A DNA stretch of 64,000 bases from Candidatus Obscuribacter phosphatis (GTDB taxonomy: Bacteria; Cyanobacteriota; Vampirovibrionia; Obscuribacterales; Obscuribacteraceae), in NCBI GenBank assembly GCA_017303615.1, contig JAFLCK010000026.1:4357-68356 (forward strand). The letters run 5' to 3'. A program made the position numbers and the translations under genes. The first letter of the stretch is position 1. The number at the start of each line of letters is the position of its first letter. Under the pieces are notes generated by a model that saw only the letters and a list, made by a program, of their open reading frames with translations, did not search any database and was not told where the DNA came from. This document shows, in pieces, positions 28,101-37,552 of this stretch.

Positions 28101-31058
28101 ATGAGAAAAACAGTATTTCTGGCATGCACGCTAACTCTGACTACATCGGTCTCGAGCTTTAGTCCCGTATTCGCATCCGATGCAGCTTCTAATTCGAAAG
28201 GTAATAGTGCCGCGAGCTCTGCGCCTCTGCCTGTACCCAAGGTGACAGACAGGTCGATTGCATCTGAAGCTCTAATTAGGGAGCTTAGGAAAATGACTGA
28301 GCTGGAGCAAACCCCTCAGGACTTGGAAAGAGTCAAGAAGCTTGATAAAGAAGGGCAGAAATTTTATGACCAGAAGCTTTTCGGTCAGGCGCTCAGCGTT
28401 TGGCAAGAGGGCTATGGTCTGGCCCTGGATATGAAATACGCTGAAGGTCAGGGGCGTGCTTTGACCAATATGGCGAAGATATATATTGACCAGGGTCAGT
28501 GGATCAAAGCCAAGCACTTGGGTGAAAATGCCTTGGAAGTATTGGGTACCGCCGGCAATGAAGTGGCTCTAGCCCAGGCAAGGGTCGTTCTTGCCCAAGC
28601 TTATTTTGGTCTTGATAACCCGGTGTGGGCCTTGCAGCAACTCGACCAGGCGCTGCGCGCTCTCAATAACGGGCAGCTGGCGGATCCCGAAGAGGGTTCA
28701 CGCATCATGTATCTTTGTGCCAGTCTGGCGATCAAGTTCGGCAAGGCCAAAGATGCTGTCAAATTCTTCCAACAGGGAGCCGAGTATAGTTACCAAAAAG
28801 GTGACGTAGCCAAAGCTGTTCAGGTAAGGGCGGCTGTGGTCAACTCTTTGATCGATCTCGGATGGTTTGTTGCTGCTTTAGAAGAAGCAAATAAGCTTCT
28901 CTCTGTTGCTAAATCATCGCCTAAAGATTCAAACGTCTTTCAGGTTACGGCTTATCAGTCTATCGGTAATGCCCAGTATGCCGCTTGCGAATACGCCGCT
29001 GCTCGCAGTTCTTTCGAAACGGCTCTGGCGATGATGTCGAAATTGGATTCGAAGCAAGTCAACGAAATTGCCCGAGCCAATATTGAAGAAGGTTATGGCT
29101 TTGTCTTATCGGCTTGCGGAGATTATGATCTGGCTCGCACAATGCTTCTAAAAGCTGTGTCGGTGCTCAAAGCCAAGAACGAAACTCTCGCCGTCGCCCA
29201 AATTTACAATGCTCTGGGTGTGGTTGAGCTAAATGATGGACAAACCGGTAAAGCCATTACCTACTTTCAGCAGGCTTTAGACTATCACGCTGTCATCACA
29301 CCCAAATCACCCAGGCTGAATGCCATCACAATGGCCAACCTTGGTTGTGCCGAGGGGCGTGCCGGCTCTTTCCGTGATGCCAAAAACCATCTCACCGGCG
29401 CCATCAATGCCATGGGTAAGCAGGTTGATAAGCAGGCCAAAGCCAAGATTTTGCAGGCGCTCTCTGAAATTTCCTTGAAAGCTTCAGACCTAACCAATGC
29501 TGAGTCTTATGCCAAGCAAGCGATTGAGATTTCTACAAAAATCAATGATGACTCCAACCTTTGGCGCGCCTACACCATGCTCTCCAAGCTGCAAGGAATC
29601 AAGGGTGAAGTGGAACCCGCCAAAGAGTCAATCAATAGTGCCCTTTCTTATTTCAGATCACCGCAGGCCGGTGACTTCGTTTCGGCTGAGTCGGTTTCGT
29701 ATCCAACCTCACGCGAAGACATGGCTGCTCTCTTGGTGCAGCAGCTAGCTGCCCAAGGTTTGACCGAGCCGGCTTTGGTCACAGCTGAGCAAATTAAGGA
29801 AGAGAATTTCATTAGTGAATGGAATCGTAAAGGTGCACAGGTCAAACCTGAAGACCGAGATGTGTATATAGAACTGGCTACGCAGCGGGCGCGCTTGCAT
29901 GCGGCGGAGGCGGCATCGACTCCCGACCAGGTCACCAAAGAATGGAAGAGCTGGATGGAAAGATTCGGTGGTTTGGTCAAAACTAACCGAGCTCTGGCTC
30001 GGCTGATAGCGCCTGTCCCCACTCATGCCCAAGATATTACGGCTGCCGTCGAGAAGAATAACGCAGTTGCTATCGACTATCTGGTTGGTCCCGACTTTAC
30101 AATGGCTTTCACCATCGAGCCGGGCGGACGCATGACCTCTTCGTCTTTGCCGGTAGGCAGGGCCAGGCTGAAGAGTCAAATCACTTCGCTCTTGACCGCA
30201 GCCGCCGGTCAGTCGACCACTGATACCACTGGTAGTGACCCGGAGCGTGCTGTTCTCAAATCACTTTACGGCGAGCTCTTGCCTGCTGCAATCAGGCAGT
30301 TTCTGCCTCGCAATGCCGAGCAAATGTTGGTGGTGATTCCAGACGGACCGCTTTACAACCTGCCTTTTGCTGCCCTAATTGACGATCAAGGTAAGTTTCT
30401 GGTCGAAAGACATTTGCTCACCATGGTCTCATCTGCCGCTGTCTTGCTTGATAGTCAGCCGCGCATCGCCGAAGACCTTTCCATAGTAGTGGCTAGAGCA
30501 GGCAATGCTCAAGCCTCTGAGAAAGCTGAGACTGAACAGATCGCCAGCGCGGTGGGCACCGATCGTGTCACCACCCTATCCGGCAAAGACGCTGCTTTAG
30601 GTAATCTGGAAGAGCAAGCCCGCGGCAAATCGGTTGTCCACTTCTCTTCTAAGTTGCCTCTCTTGGAAGCAAATCCATTGCGTTCAGTACTGCCAATACT
30701 CTCTGATGGCGTTGATGGTCAGAGTGTTAAGGTAACCGCAGATCAACTTTGCGGTACCAAGATGGCTAGTGATTTGATTGTTTGGTCTGCTTCTTCGGTC
30801 AACTCTAAAGATGTAAGAGGTAATGCAGTCAAGGTATTCAGCCGCGGGCTCAGCTATGCCGGTGCTAGAAATGTCTTGATGAGTCTCTGGACTCAGCCCG
30901 AGAGTAATCGTATTGATGAGATTGTCAACTTCTATAAGAGCAAGCAATCTGGTCTGGGTTCGGCTCAGAGTCTGCGTAAAGCCCAGCTGGCAGCACTCTC
31001 TCGTGATCGCTCACCCCGCACTTGGGCAGCCTTCCAGTTGCTTGGACCGGGCAACTAA
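28101..31058 (+). CDS. Secreted TPR-repeat / CHAT-domain protein (catalytic dyad apparently substituted)
   Basis: Signal peptide, then about 500 aa of TPR-like helices. C-terminal CHAT pattern (VVIPDGPLYNLPFAAL, AGARNVLMSLW, WAAFQLLG). It has VVHFSSK and IVWSASS where HxxxHG and LSAC are expected. Confidence 0.8.
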   Translation: MRKTVFLACTLTLTTSVSSFSPVFASDAASNSKGNSAASSAPLPVPKVTDRSIASEALIRELRKMTELEQTPQDLERVKKLDKEGQKFYDQKLFGQALSVWQEGYGLALDMKYAEGQGRALTNMAKIYIDQGQWIKAKHLGENALEVLGTAGNEVALAQARVVLAQAYFGLDNPVWALQQLDQALRALNNGQLADPEEGSRIMYLCASLAIKFGKAKDAVKFFQQGAEYSYQKGDVAKAVQVRAAVVNSLIDLGWFVAALEEANKLLSVAKSSPKDSNVFQVTAYQSIGNAQYAACEYAAARSSFETALAMMSKLDSKQVNEIARANIEEGYGFVLSACGDYDLARTMLLKAVSVLKAKNETLAVAQIYNALGVVELNDGQTGKAITYFQQALDYHAVITPKSPRLNAITMANLGCAEGRAGSFRDAKNHLTGAINAMGKQVDKQAKAKILQALSEISLKASDLTNAESYAKQAIEISTKINDDSNLWRAYTMLSKLQGIKGEVEPAKESINSALSYFRSPQAGDFVSAESVSYPTSREDMAALLVQQLAAQGLTEPALVTAEQIKEENFISEWNRKGAQVKPEDRDVYIELATQRARLHAAEAASTPDQVTKEWKSWMERFGGLVKTNRALARLIAPVPTHAQDITAAVEKNNAVAIDYLVGPDFTMAFTIEPGGRMTSSSLPVGRARLKSQITSLLTAAAGQSTTDTTGSDPERAVLKSLYGELLPAAIRQFLPRNAEQMLVVIPDGPLYNLPFAALIDDQGKFLVERHLLTMVSSAAVLLDSQPRIAEDLSIVVARAGNAQASEKAETEQIASAVGTDRVTTLSGKDAALGNLEEQARGKSVVHFSSKLPLLEANPLRSVLPILSDGVDGQSVKVTADQLCGTKMASDLIVWSASSVNSKDVRGNAVKVFSRGLSYAGARNVLMSLWTQPESNRIDEIVNFYKSKQSGLGSAQSLRKAQLAALSRDRSPRTWAAFQLLGPGN

Positions 31059-31099
31059 CAGACCTAACAAACTAAGCTAAGTTTAGCTAAGCTAAGCAG

Positions 31100-31126
31100 A
31101 AAGGGGCGCTCACTGAGCGCCCCTTT
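31100..31126. terminator. Bidirectional terminator between convergent genes
   Basis: AAAGGGGCGCTC / ACT / GAGCGCCCCTTT perfect 12-bp stem, A-rich on the 5' side and T-rich on the 3' side. Confidence 0.85.
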
Positions 31127-31157
31127 CACTTTCTATGTCTACCCTTACTCAGTAGTC

Positions 31158-32435
31158 TTAGTAGGGGTTTGCTGGTGCTGTCCCGGCAATGCTGACCGGT
31201 TGATCTAGTTGTATCTGCATTGCTGTTCCAGCTTGAACATTGACGTCGGCGCCTTTGCGCAAGATCAAGCTCTGGGCAACACCGACACCGGCTCCGATAG
31301 CGGTTCCCGACCAAGCGCCTTTGCCGACGCCTCTGCCACCACCGGCAATGGCGCCTACAGCGGTACCGAGGGCGGCGCCTGTACCGGCACCAATGGCGCC
31401 TCTCACACCGGCTTGTACGACTTTGCCTTTCCAGGTCTCACCTTTGACTGTCTCTTCTTGGGCTCCACCGGCATATTTACCGATACCGCCCACGAGGTGA
31501 GCAGAAATGGGAGTTTCGACGCCGTCAGGTGTGCGCAGTTTGTTGAACTTGATGCCAAGGCTGCCGGAGCGTCCAAGCATCTTGCCCGATTCGGCATCGG
31601 TGATTGTACCTATTACCACTGAACCGGTTGGGATCATCGAATCGCCGAGCATTACGGTCTGGCTGACTGCGGCTTGCACCACATCACCAGCTTTGGCCAC
31701 TTGGGTGGAGATACCTGAAGACAGAGTGATTGGCAGCACTAGACCGGCAGGAGCATAGGTGATGCGCCCTTGTCTGTAGCCAGTGCTGGGTTGGTTATAA
31801 CCACCTTGGCCATAGGGCTGACCGCCATAAGGCTGACCACCACCATAAGGCTGGGTGCTGAAGCTGGGTTGTCCGTAAGGCTGTGGTTGAGGCTGATAGG
31901 CTTGTTGTTGCGGCGGCATGGTATTGGGCTGTGTGGGAGCCGGGCTATTGAATGCAGCCGGAGCGGAAGAGTCATATTCTCCCGAAAGTTGAGAGACATA
32001 GCTCTGTACACTTGTTTGATCTCTGAGAGCAGTGCGCAAGGAGTCAGCCCACTTGGTGGCGAGAACTGCAGGGGTTGTATTCTGGGCTTTGGCAGTGGTA
32101 CTGTCGACGGTGACTACCTGGTAGCCGCCCAGGGTGAGTACCGGCAGTCCTTTTACATAGGTGATCTTGACTGCTGCCGGAGTGCGATCTTTGCTTGCCA
32201 CCAAGGCATTGTCTAAATTGGTCTGAATGGTTTCAGCACGTTTCTCTGCAGTCAATCCACCAGAACCGCTTACGGTAAAGAGACCTTGACCGGCGAATCT
32301 GATTTCATTGTCGGCAGCCATAGCAGAAAGAGGCAGTGAGGCAGTGGCTAATTGGCTGATTACAAAACCGGCCAGCACAGATTTTCTGATTGATTTTGCG
32401 ATCGAAAGCTTAGTGTCAGTGAGTTTTGCGTTCAT
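31158..32435 (-). CDS. Secreted protein: N-terminal domain, Q/P/G/Y-rich linker, beta-rich region, C-terminal glycine zipper
   Basis: Signal peptide ...ASLPLSAMA. QPYGGGQPYGGQPYGQGGY linker. GAIGAGTGAALGTAVGAIAGGG zipper. Confidence 0.7.
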   Translation of the reverse strand: MNAKLTDTKLSIAKSIRKSVLAGFVISQLATASLPLSAMAADNEIRFAGQGLFTVSGSGGLTAEKRAETIQTNLDNALVASKDRTPAAVKITYVKGLPVLTLGGYQVVTVDSTTAKAQNTTPAVLATKWADSLRTALRDQTSVQSYVSQLSGEYDSSAPAAFNSPAPTQPNTMPPQQQAYQPQPQPYGQPSFSTQPYGGGQPYGGQPYGQGGYNQPSTGYRQGRITYAPAGLVLPITLSSGISTQVAKAGDVVQAAVSQTVMLGDSMIPTGSVVIGTITDAESGKMLGRSGSLGIKFNKLRTPDGVETPISAHLVGGIGKYAGGAQEETVKGETWKGKVVQAGVRGAIGAGTGAALGTAVGAIAGGGRGVGKGAWSGTAIGAGVGVAQSLILRKGADVNVQAGTAMQIQLDQPVSIAGTAPANPY

Positions 32436-32588
32436 TATTATTTACCGTTGTATATGGTGTAAGGGTTATTGGAGAAATTGCTGAAATTGGCGCCATCCAT
32501 GGCTCTATGCAGTTAATAGACTGCAAAAGTTTAGCAAGGTTCCCGCTATAATGTAAGGTTAGCTTTCCGTAACAAAGGCGCTCTAATT

Positions 32589-33422
32589 GTGATACTTGAG
32601 AACTCGTCGGGCGCTCTCTTTGCCGATGATATCTTCAAAAATAGAAATGTTTTTCTAAGTGGTGCTTCGCGCGGTATCGGGCGAGCGGTGGCGCTTGCTT
32701 TTGCAAGATACGGCGCCAATCTTTATCTTGTGGCAAAAGATGCTGAAAGACTGAAGAAATTTAGCGAAGAAATTGCATCTATATATACACTGGGTGGTAC
32801 GTCTAGGGTAATTCGCTATCGGGCTTGTGATTTTGCGCAGCTTGAAGACGTAGAAGCGATGCTGGAAGAAGCAAAGCAAGAGATGCCTTTCCATATCGTG
32901 GTCAATAATGCCGGCATATATCAAACCGAAGCCTTAGCTGGTCACAGTCTAACGTCATGGCGGCGTTTATTTGATATCAATCTCAATGCTGCCATGCTTA
33001 TCATGTCGCATTTATTGCCCTCTATGATAGAAAGAAAAGCTGGGCGCATCATCAATATTTCGTCTATTTCAGGCAGTAAAGCCGAGGCCTGGGGCTCGGC
33101 CTATAGTGCCGCCAAATTCGCTTTGAATGGGCTTACCCAGGCTGCCGCCTTAGAAAATGCCCGTTTCGGCATTACTATTAATGCTGTCTGTCCTGGCTGG
33201 GTATTGACCGACCTTGCGCAAGAGCAGATAGGCAGCGGCGAGTGGCAAGCCTTAAACGGCTTACCTGCCGACCAATCTATGGAACTGACCCGTCTTTCGG
33301 TGCCTCAAGAAAGATTTCTCAGCGCCGATGAAATAGCTTCAACTGTTTTGTTTCTGGCCAGCGATCAGGCGCAGGGAATCACAGGACAGGCTATAAATAT
33401 ATGTGGAGGTCTTTCACTATGA
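32589..33422 (+). CDS. Short-chain dehydrogenase/reductase (FabG-like)
   Basis: SGASRGIGRAVALAF (TGxxxGIG), NNAG, S...YSAAK catalytic motif. Confidence 0.85.
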   Translation: MILENSSGALFADDIFKNRNVFLSGASRGIGRAVALAFARYGANLYLVAKDAERLKKFSEEIASIYTLGGTSRVIRYRACDFAQLEDVEAMLEEAKQEMPFHIVVNNAGIYQTEALAGHSLTSWRRLFDINLNAAMLIMSHLLPSMIERKAGRIINISSISGSKAEAWGSAYSAAKFALNGLTQAAALENARFGITINAVCPGWVLTDLAQEQIGSGEWQALNGLPADQSMELTRLSVPQERFLSADEIASTVLFLASDQAQGITGQAINICGGLSL

Positions 33423-34294
33423 ATTCTCAACTCTTAAGCCGCGCTCTGCATGTAAACGATTGGCATATTAAAGATATCGAGGGGCTGCATCTGGCTCATT
33501 CTCCCCTTCTCAGCTCTGAAAAAGACCTTATTCATGCCTTTACCACCCGAATTGGCGGCAGTTGTCCAGAGCCTTATGATAGTTTCAATCTGGGGCGCAG
33601 CGTCGGTGATGAAGCGGTGAAGAAAGCAGCGCTACTCAACCGTGAGAAGCTTTGCCAGACTCTTGGTCTCACCCATGACCGACTACATGTGCCAGGGCAG
33701 GTGCATTCGGGTAATGTTGTCCATGTCGGGGCTGAGAGTGCGGTGCATCCAGGCTCACAAGCTCTGAGCGGCGTCGATGGACTGACTACTGCCGATCGTG
33801 GACTGCCTCTCTTGCTCCATTTTGCCGACTGCGTGCCGGTCATGGTATACGAGCGGCGTCGGCGCTTGCTTTCTATTGTCCATGCCGGTTGGCGGGGCAC
33901 TGCCGAAGCGATTGCCGCCCAGGCAGTAAAGCGAATGGTGGAAATGGGCGGTGAGCCGAAGCATATGCTGGCTGCAGTTGGTCCGGCCATTGGCACTTGT
34001 TGTTATCCGACCGGTGAAGATGTGGCTGTTCGGCTTATGTCCACGGTTTGCTCAGACCAAACTCATTCTCAGGCAGAGTCTGCCGCCTTGGTCCAAGCCC
34101 TTGTGCTTCGCCGGGAAGACGGTCAACCCCGTCCTAATCTCAAAGCCATAAACGCTTTACAGCTTCTCCAGCAGGGGGTGGGTGAGGTCGACGTCACTTC
34201 CTTTTGTACCAGTTGTAAACCGGAGCTTTTCTTCTCACATAGGCAATCGGGCGGCGTTACCGGTCGGCAAGGGGCAATAGCCTGCCTGGTCTAG
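33419..34294 (+). CDS. pgeF: Peptidoglycan editing factor PgeF / YfiH (DUF152) family
   Basis: AFTTRIGG...YDSFNLG, QVHSGNVV, DGLTT, ADCVPV, VHAGWRGT, CC...FFSHR. ATGA overlap with the SDR stop codon. Confidence 0.88.
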   Translation: MNSQLLSRALHVNDWHIKDIEGLHLAHSPLLSSEKDLIHAFTTRIGGSCPEPYDSFNLGRSVGDEAVKKAALLNREKLCQTLGLTHDRLHVPGQVHSGNVVHVGAESAVHPGSQALSGVDGLTTADRGLPLLLHFADCVPVMVYERRRRLLSIVHAGWRGTAEAIAAQAVKRMVEMGGEPKHMLAAVGPAIGTCCYPTGEDVAVRLMSTVCSDQTHSQAESAALVQALVLRREDGQPRPNLKAINALQLLQQGVGEVDVTSFCTSCKPELFFSHRQSGGVTGRQGAIACLV

Positions 34295-34346
34295 GCAAAG
34301 TTCGGCACTGAGCCCGAAATGGCCGCTCCTGCTATCCTTATATGGT

Positions 34347-36476
34347 ATGCGCCATCGAAATGCAGTATTGTCGACAGGTAAGTCCGCCCCAATCTTGAGG
34401 CGGGGGCTTGTTGCCGCCCTTTCCATTAGTATTGCCTCGGCTAATTTTGCTTCGGCCGCTTTCGCGCAAGCAGCGCCGCCGCCCCCCGAACCATCATTTT
34501 TTAAGAGTACGGCTAACCCCAATAGAATAGAAAGACCGGCTGCCAACCCATCCAATTCGGCAAGCAGTCCTCCCTTGCCTGCTCCCACCCGCATTAGTCG
34601 CCCCCTTACCGGCGCCAATGGTGTTGCACCTTATGGACAAGCCAGTCCTGCAACCAATACCGGACAAAATAATAATGGTCATAACCACGCGATGGCAGCG
34701 CCTGCCGCCTCAAATTCAGGCACTACTGGTGGTATCGCCACTCCTGGTTCCAGCCCTACATCTGCCGATACAAGTTTACTCAAGTCCGGCGTACTCAAAC
34801 CCGGTGTGCCCCAAATAGATACTTTGCCTGCCGCCACAACTTCGCCTAATACTAATAGCAATAACAACAGCAGCAACAATCCCTACAGCGCGGGCGCTGC
34901 CAGACCGGCGCCTCCCTATCCAAATAATGGTGTTGATCAGTATCCTACCATCGGTCGCCTCGAAGAAGTGACACTAGGGCGCACCAACAGTGGTGCACCA
35001 ATCGGCGAAAGATTGTCGATTTTAGAGCAGGTAGTCTTCAAAAAAGATTTCAGAGAAGATACGCTTTTTGATCGTACCGAAAGACTTAAAAAGACTATCT
35101 TAGGTGGTATGGAGCCGGAGCGGGCCTCAGAGCCGCTTCCCTCTCTTGATGATTTGGGGGCAAGCCCCGGTGGTCTGCCGCTTGAGACTGTTAAGGAAGC
35201 GCATTATCTTGATGAAATTGCCGGCAAGCGCGAGAACCTTGAGCCGAGTACACCCGATCAGGTAGGGCGTTTTGCTATCGAGATAGTCAATGCTGAAAGG
35301 GCTAATTATGGACTTTCGCCTTTGACTCCAGATAATCTGGCGGAAAAGCTTGCTACTACCCACGGTGCATATTTGGCCTCGCGCGGCCAGGTTTCTCACT
35401 TCGATGAGTTTGGGCTTGGACCAGATAGGCGTTACACTCTTGTCGAAGGGACGGACGCGCTTACTGAAAGTATTGCCTCGGTCAAGTGCACAGATGTTGG
35501 TGCCGTCAAGCCTTGCAAGGCTGCTGCTGCCAGATTGCTCAAGGTCTTTTTGAGCAGACAGGACGACCGTGATTCTATACTCTCGCCTGACGCCACCCAT
35601 ATCGGTTTTTCAGTTAATTCTCTGGGCTCAAGCGGTCGCTTTGTCGCTGTCTGCAATGTGGTCAGCCGTCACGCTCTGATGGGACCTTTGCCTTTTCAGG
35701 TTGGGCAGGGTGAAAAAGTGGAAGTAAAAGGGGTGATGAATAGTCCCTATGTTTTCGATAGAGTGACCTTGGCATGGGAAGCCAATCAAAGCGGTGCGGC
35801 TCCAGCCGGTGACGATGGCGAAGAAGCTTTGCCTTACTTCCCTCCGCTTGATTATGTTGCTTATTCTGCTCGCTCGGAGCATGACTACAGCAAGGCTGTC
35901 ACCGCCATCAAAATTGGTGGCATGGTAGCCGCCGTGGCTGGTGGCATGTTCTTTCCGCCAATTGCTCTGGCCGCGCCCTTGATTGCAGTGGCTGGTTCTC
36001 CCGGCGAGCCTCGTCCGGTTTCGGACATCCCGGTGAAGGGCGGGGTTAAGTTAGATGGAGCAGCTTTCAATGTCAAACTGCCCCTCAATAATGAAAATAA
36101 AGAGGGTCTATATTATGTGACTGTTTGGGGAACACTGGGCAAGGGGCAGAAGTCTATACCAATTAGTCGCCGAGTTATTTTGGTGGCGGGCAAGCCGGAT
36201 GGTAAGTCTGAAGGCAATTCAGAAGGTAAGCTCTCTAAAGAAAATGCTGAGCAAGCCAAGAAAGATGCTGAGCTTGCCAAACTAGAGGCTGATCGGGCAA
36301 AGAAAGAAGCCGAGAGCAAAAAGAAAGCGGCTGAGGAAGCTAGAAAGCAAGAAGAGAAGCGCCTAAAAGAAGAGAAGAAAAAGAAGAAAGCTAAAGAAGA
36401 GAGCGAAGCTAAAGCTTCCGGCGATGCTAAAGAAGAAGGCAAAGATGAAAAAGCCGAGGAAAAGAAAGATGACTGA
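34347..36476 (+). CDS. Secreted CAP/SCP (YkwD-like) domain protein with P/S/N-rich N-terminus and K/E-rich tail
   Basis: Signal-like ...ASANFASAAFAQA. IVNAERANYGLSPL...HGAYLASRGQVSHF fits the CAP-domain pattern. Terminal ~110 aa is a K/E/A charged tract. Confidence 0.65.
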   Translation: MRHRNAVLSTGKSAPILRRGLVAALSISIASANFASAAFAQAAPPPPEPSFFKSTANPNRIERPAANPSNSASSPPLPAPTRISRPLTGANGVAPYGQASPATNTGQNNNGHNHAMAAPAASNSGTTGGIATPGSSPTSADTSLLKSGVLKPGVPQIDTLPAATTSPNTNSNNNSSNNPYSAGAARPAPPYPNNGVDQYPTIGRLEEVTLGRTNSGAPIGERLSILEQVVFKKDFREDTLFDRTERLKKTILGGMEPERASEPLPSLDDLGASPGGLPLETVKEAHYLDEIAGKRENLEPSTPDQVGRFAIEIVNAERANYGLSPLTPDNLAEKLATTHGAYLASRGQVSHFDEFGLGPDRRYTLVEGTDALTESIASVKCTDVGAVKPCKAAAARLLKVFLSRQDDRDSILSPDATHIGFSVNSLGSSGRFVAVCNVVSRHALMGPLPFQVGQGEKVEVKGVMNSPYVFDRVTLAWEANQSGAAPAGDDGEEALPYFPPLDYVAYSARSEHDYSKAVTAIKIGGMVAAVAGGMFFPPIALAAPLIAVAGSPGEPRPVSDIPVKGGVKLDGAAFNVKLPLNNENKEGLYYVTVWGTLGKGQKSIPISRRVILVAGKPDGKSEGNSEGKLSKENAEQAKKDAELAKLEADRAKKEAESKKKAAEEARKQEEKRLKEEKKKKKAKEESEAKASGDAKEEGKDEKAEEKKDD

Positions 36477-37509
36477 ATTCGCCCGCCAAAGGACGTTCGC
36501 TCTGTCGGCGCTGAGTTTAGCCCTTGCTTCTTTCGCCTTTCAACCAGCTTGGGCGCAAGCGGGAGACTATGTACCGATGATGGTGCCGGTTCCCTCTGGT
36601 GCTTCTAGTAGTCCTTCTAATAATCCCTATTTGCAGGGCGGCACCGGCAGTACTACATTACAAACTGGCACCGGCAGTACTACATTACAGGTAAATACAG
36701 ACAGCACGACGCTCCAGACCGGCGTAGAAAGACAGGGGGGACCGGTTCATGTCCTCTTTATCGTTGATGCCTCGCGCAGTATGCTTGAAGGTCTTGGTGG
36801 CGGTACACAAAAGATTGATGCGGCTAAGCAGGTTCTGCAAAATGCTATTGCCCGCATTCCGCCTGATGTCAACTTTGGTTTGCGTGTTTTTGGTCATGGC
36901 TATCAGGGCGCCGGTAGCCGCGGTAGTTTATTCGGCGGGGGCTTTGCCTCCCTCGGCAATGAATGTCGTAATTCAGCTTTGCTTGTGCCGATTGGTACAG
37001 GCAACCGCCGCACCATCATCGAAAAGGTTAGACAAATAAGACCTTATGGCATGACCCCTCTGGCTTATTCAATCGAGATGGCTGCGGCAAGCGACTTTAG
37101 GGGGCTAACCGGCAATAAGACGATCATTCTCATTTCTGATGGACAAGATACCTGTGGTGGCAATCCTTGCGAAGTGATTAGACAGTTACCCAAGTATGGA
37201 ATCAAGATCAAAGTAGACGTGGTTGGGCTCAACTTGAGAGGCGATCCGGTTTCGCGCAATCAACTCAATTGCATCGCCAATGAGTCGGGGGGCAAATATT
37301 ATGATGCCGACACAGCCGCCAAACTTATCGAGAGTGTCTCTGCTTCGGTAAGTAAGGCAATCGAAGGGCGTGTAATCATTAGACCGAGTGACTCCACAGC
37401 GCCTGCTTTGCAGAATATTCTCACGCCGCCCGAACTTGTGCCGATTGAGCCGCAACAGGAGCTGCGTCCAAATGCCCAAGACGAGTTAAAGCAAAACGAG
37501 ACTAAATAG
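36469..37509 (+). CDS. Secreted von Willebrand factor type A domain protein
   Basis: ATG 36469 overlaps the upstream stop (ATGACTGA). Signal peptide ...FAFQPAWAQA. MIDAS VHVLFIVDASRSM, TPL, ILISDGQD. Confidence 0.8.
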   Translation: MTEFARQRTFALSALSLALASFAFQPAWAQAGDYVPMMVPVPSGASSSPSNNPYLQGGTGSTTLQTGTGSTTLQVNTDSTTLQTGVERQGGPVHVLFIVDASRSMLEGLGGGTQKIDAAKQVLQNAIARIPPDVNFGLRVFGHGYQGAGSRGSLFGGGFASLGNECRNSALLVPIGTGNRRTIIEKVRQIRPYGMTPLAYSIEMAAASDFRGLTGNKTIILISDGQDTCGGNPCEVIRQLPKYGIKIKVDVVGLNLRGDPVSRNQLNCIANESGGKYYDADTAAKLIESVSASVSKAIEGRVIIRPSDSTAPALQNILTPPELVPIEPQQELRPNAQDELKQNETK

Positions 37510-37552
37510 GCAGCGCCGCAATAGTCCCGTTTGTTGAGTTTCGAGTTTCGCT

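Noticed and set aside
28101-31058. TPR-CHAT as a Csx29/Craspase-type CRISPR-associated protease
   Set aside because: No gRAMP/Cas7-11, CRISPR array or other cas genes are in the window. The protein has a signal peptide, and the catalytic dyad looks substituted.
36424-36468. Lys-rich 15-aa N-terminal extension of the VWA protein (ORF track start 36424)
   Set aside because: The frame is open only because it overlaps the K/E-rich tail of the upstream gene. ATG 36469 gives a proper signal peptide and a stop/start overlap.
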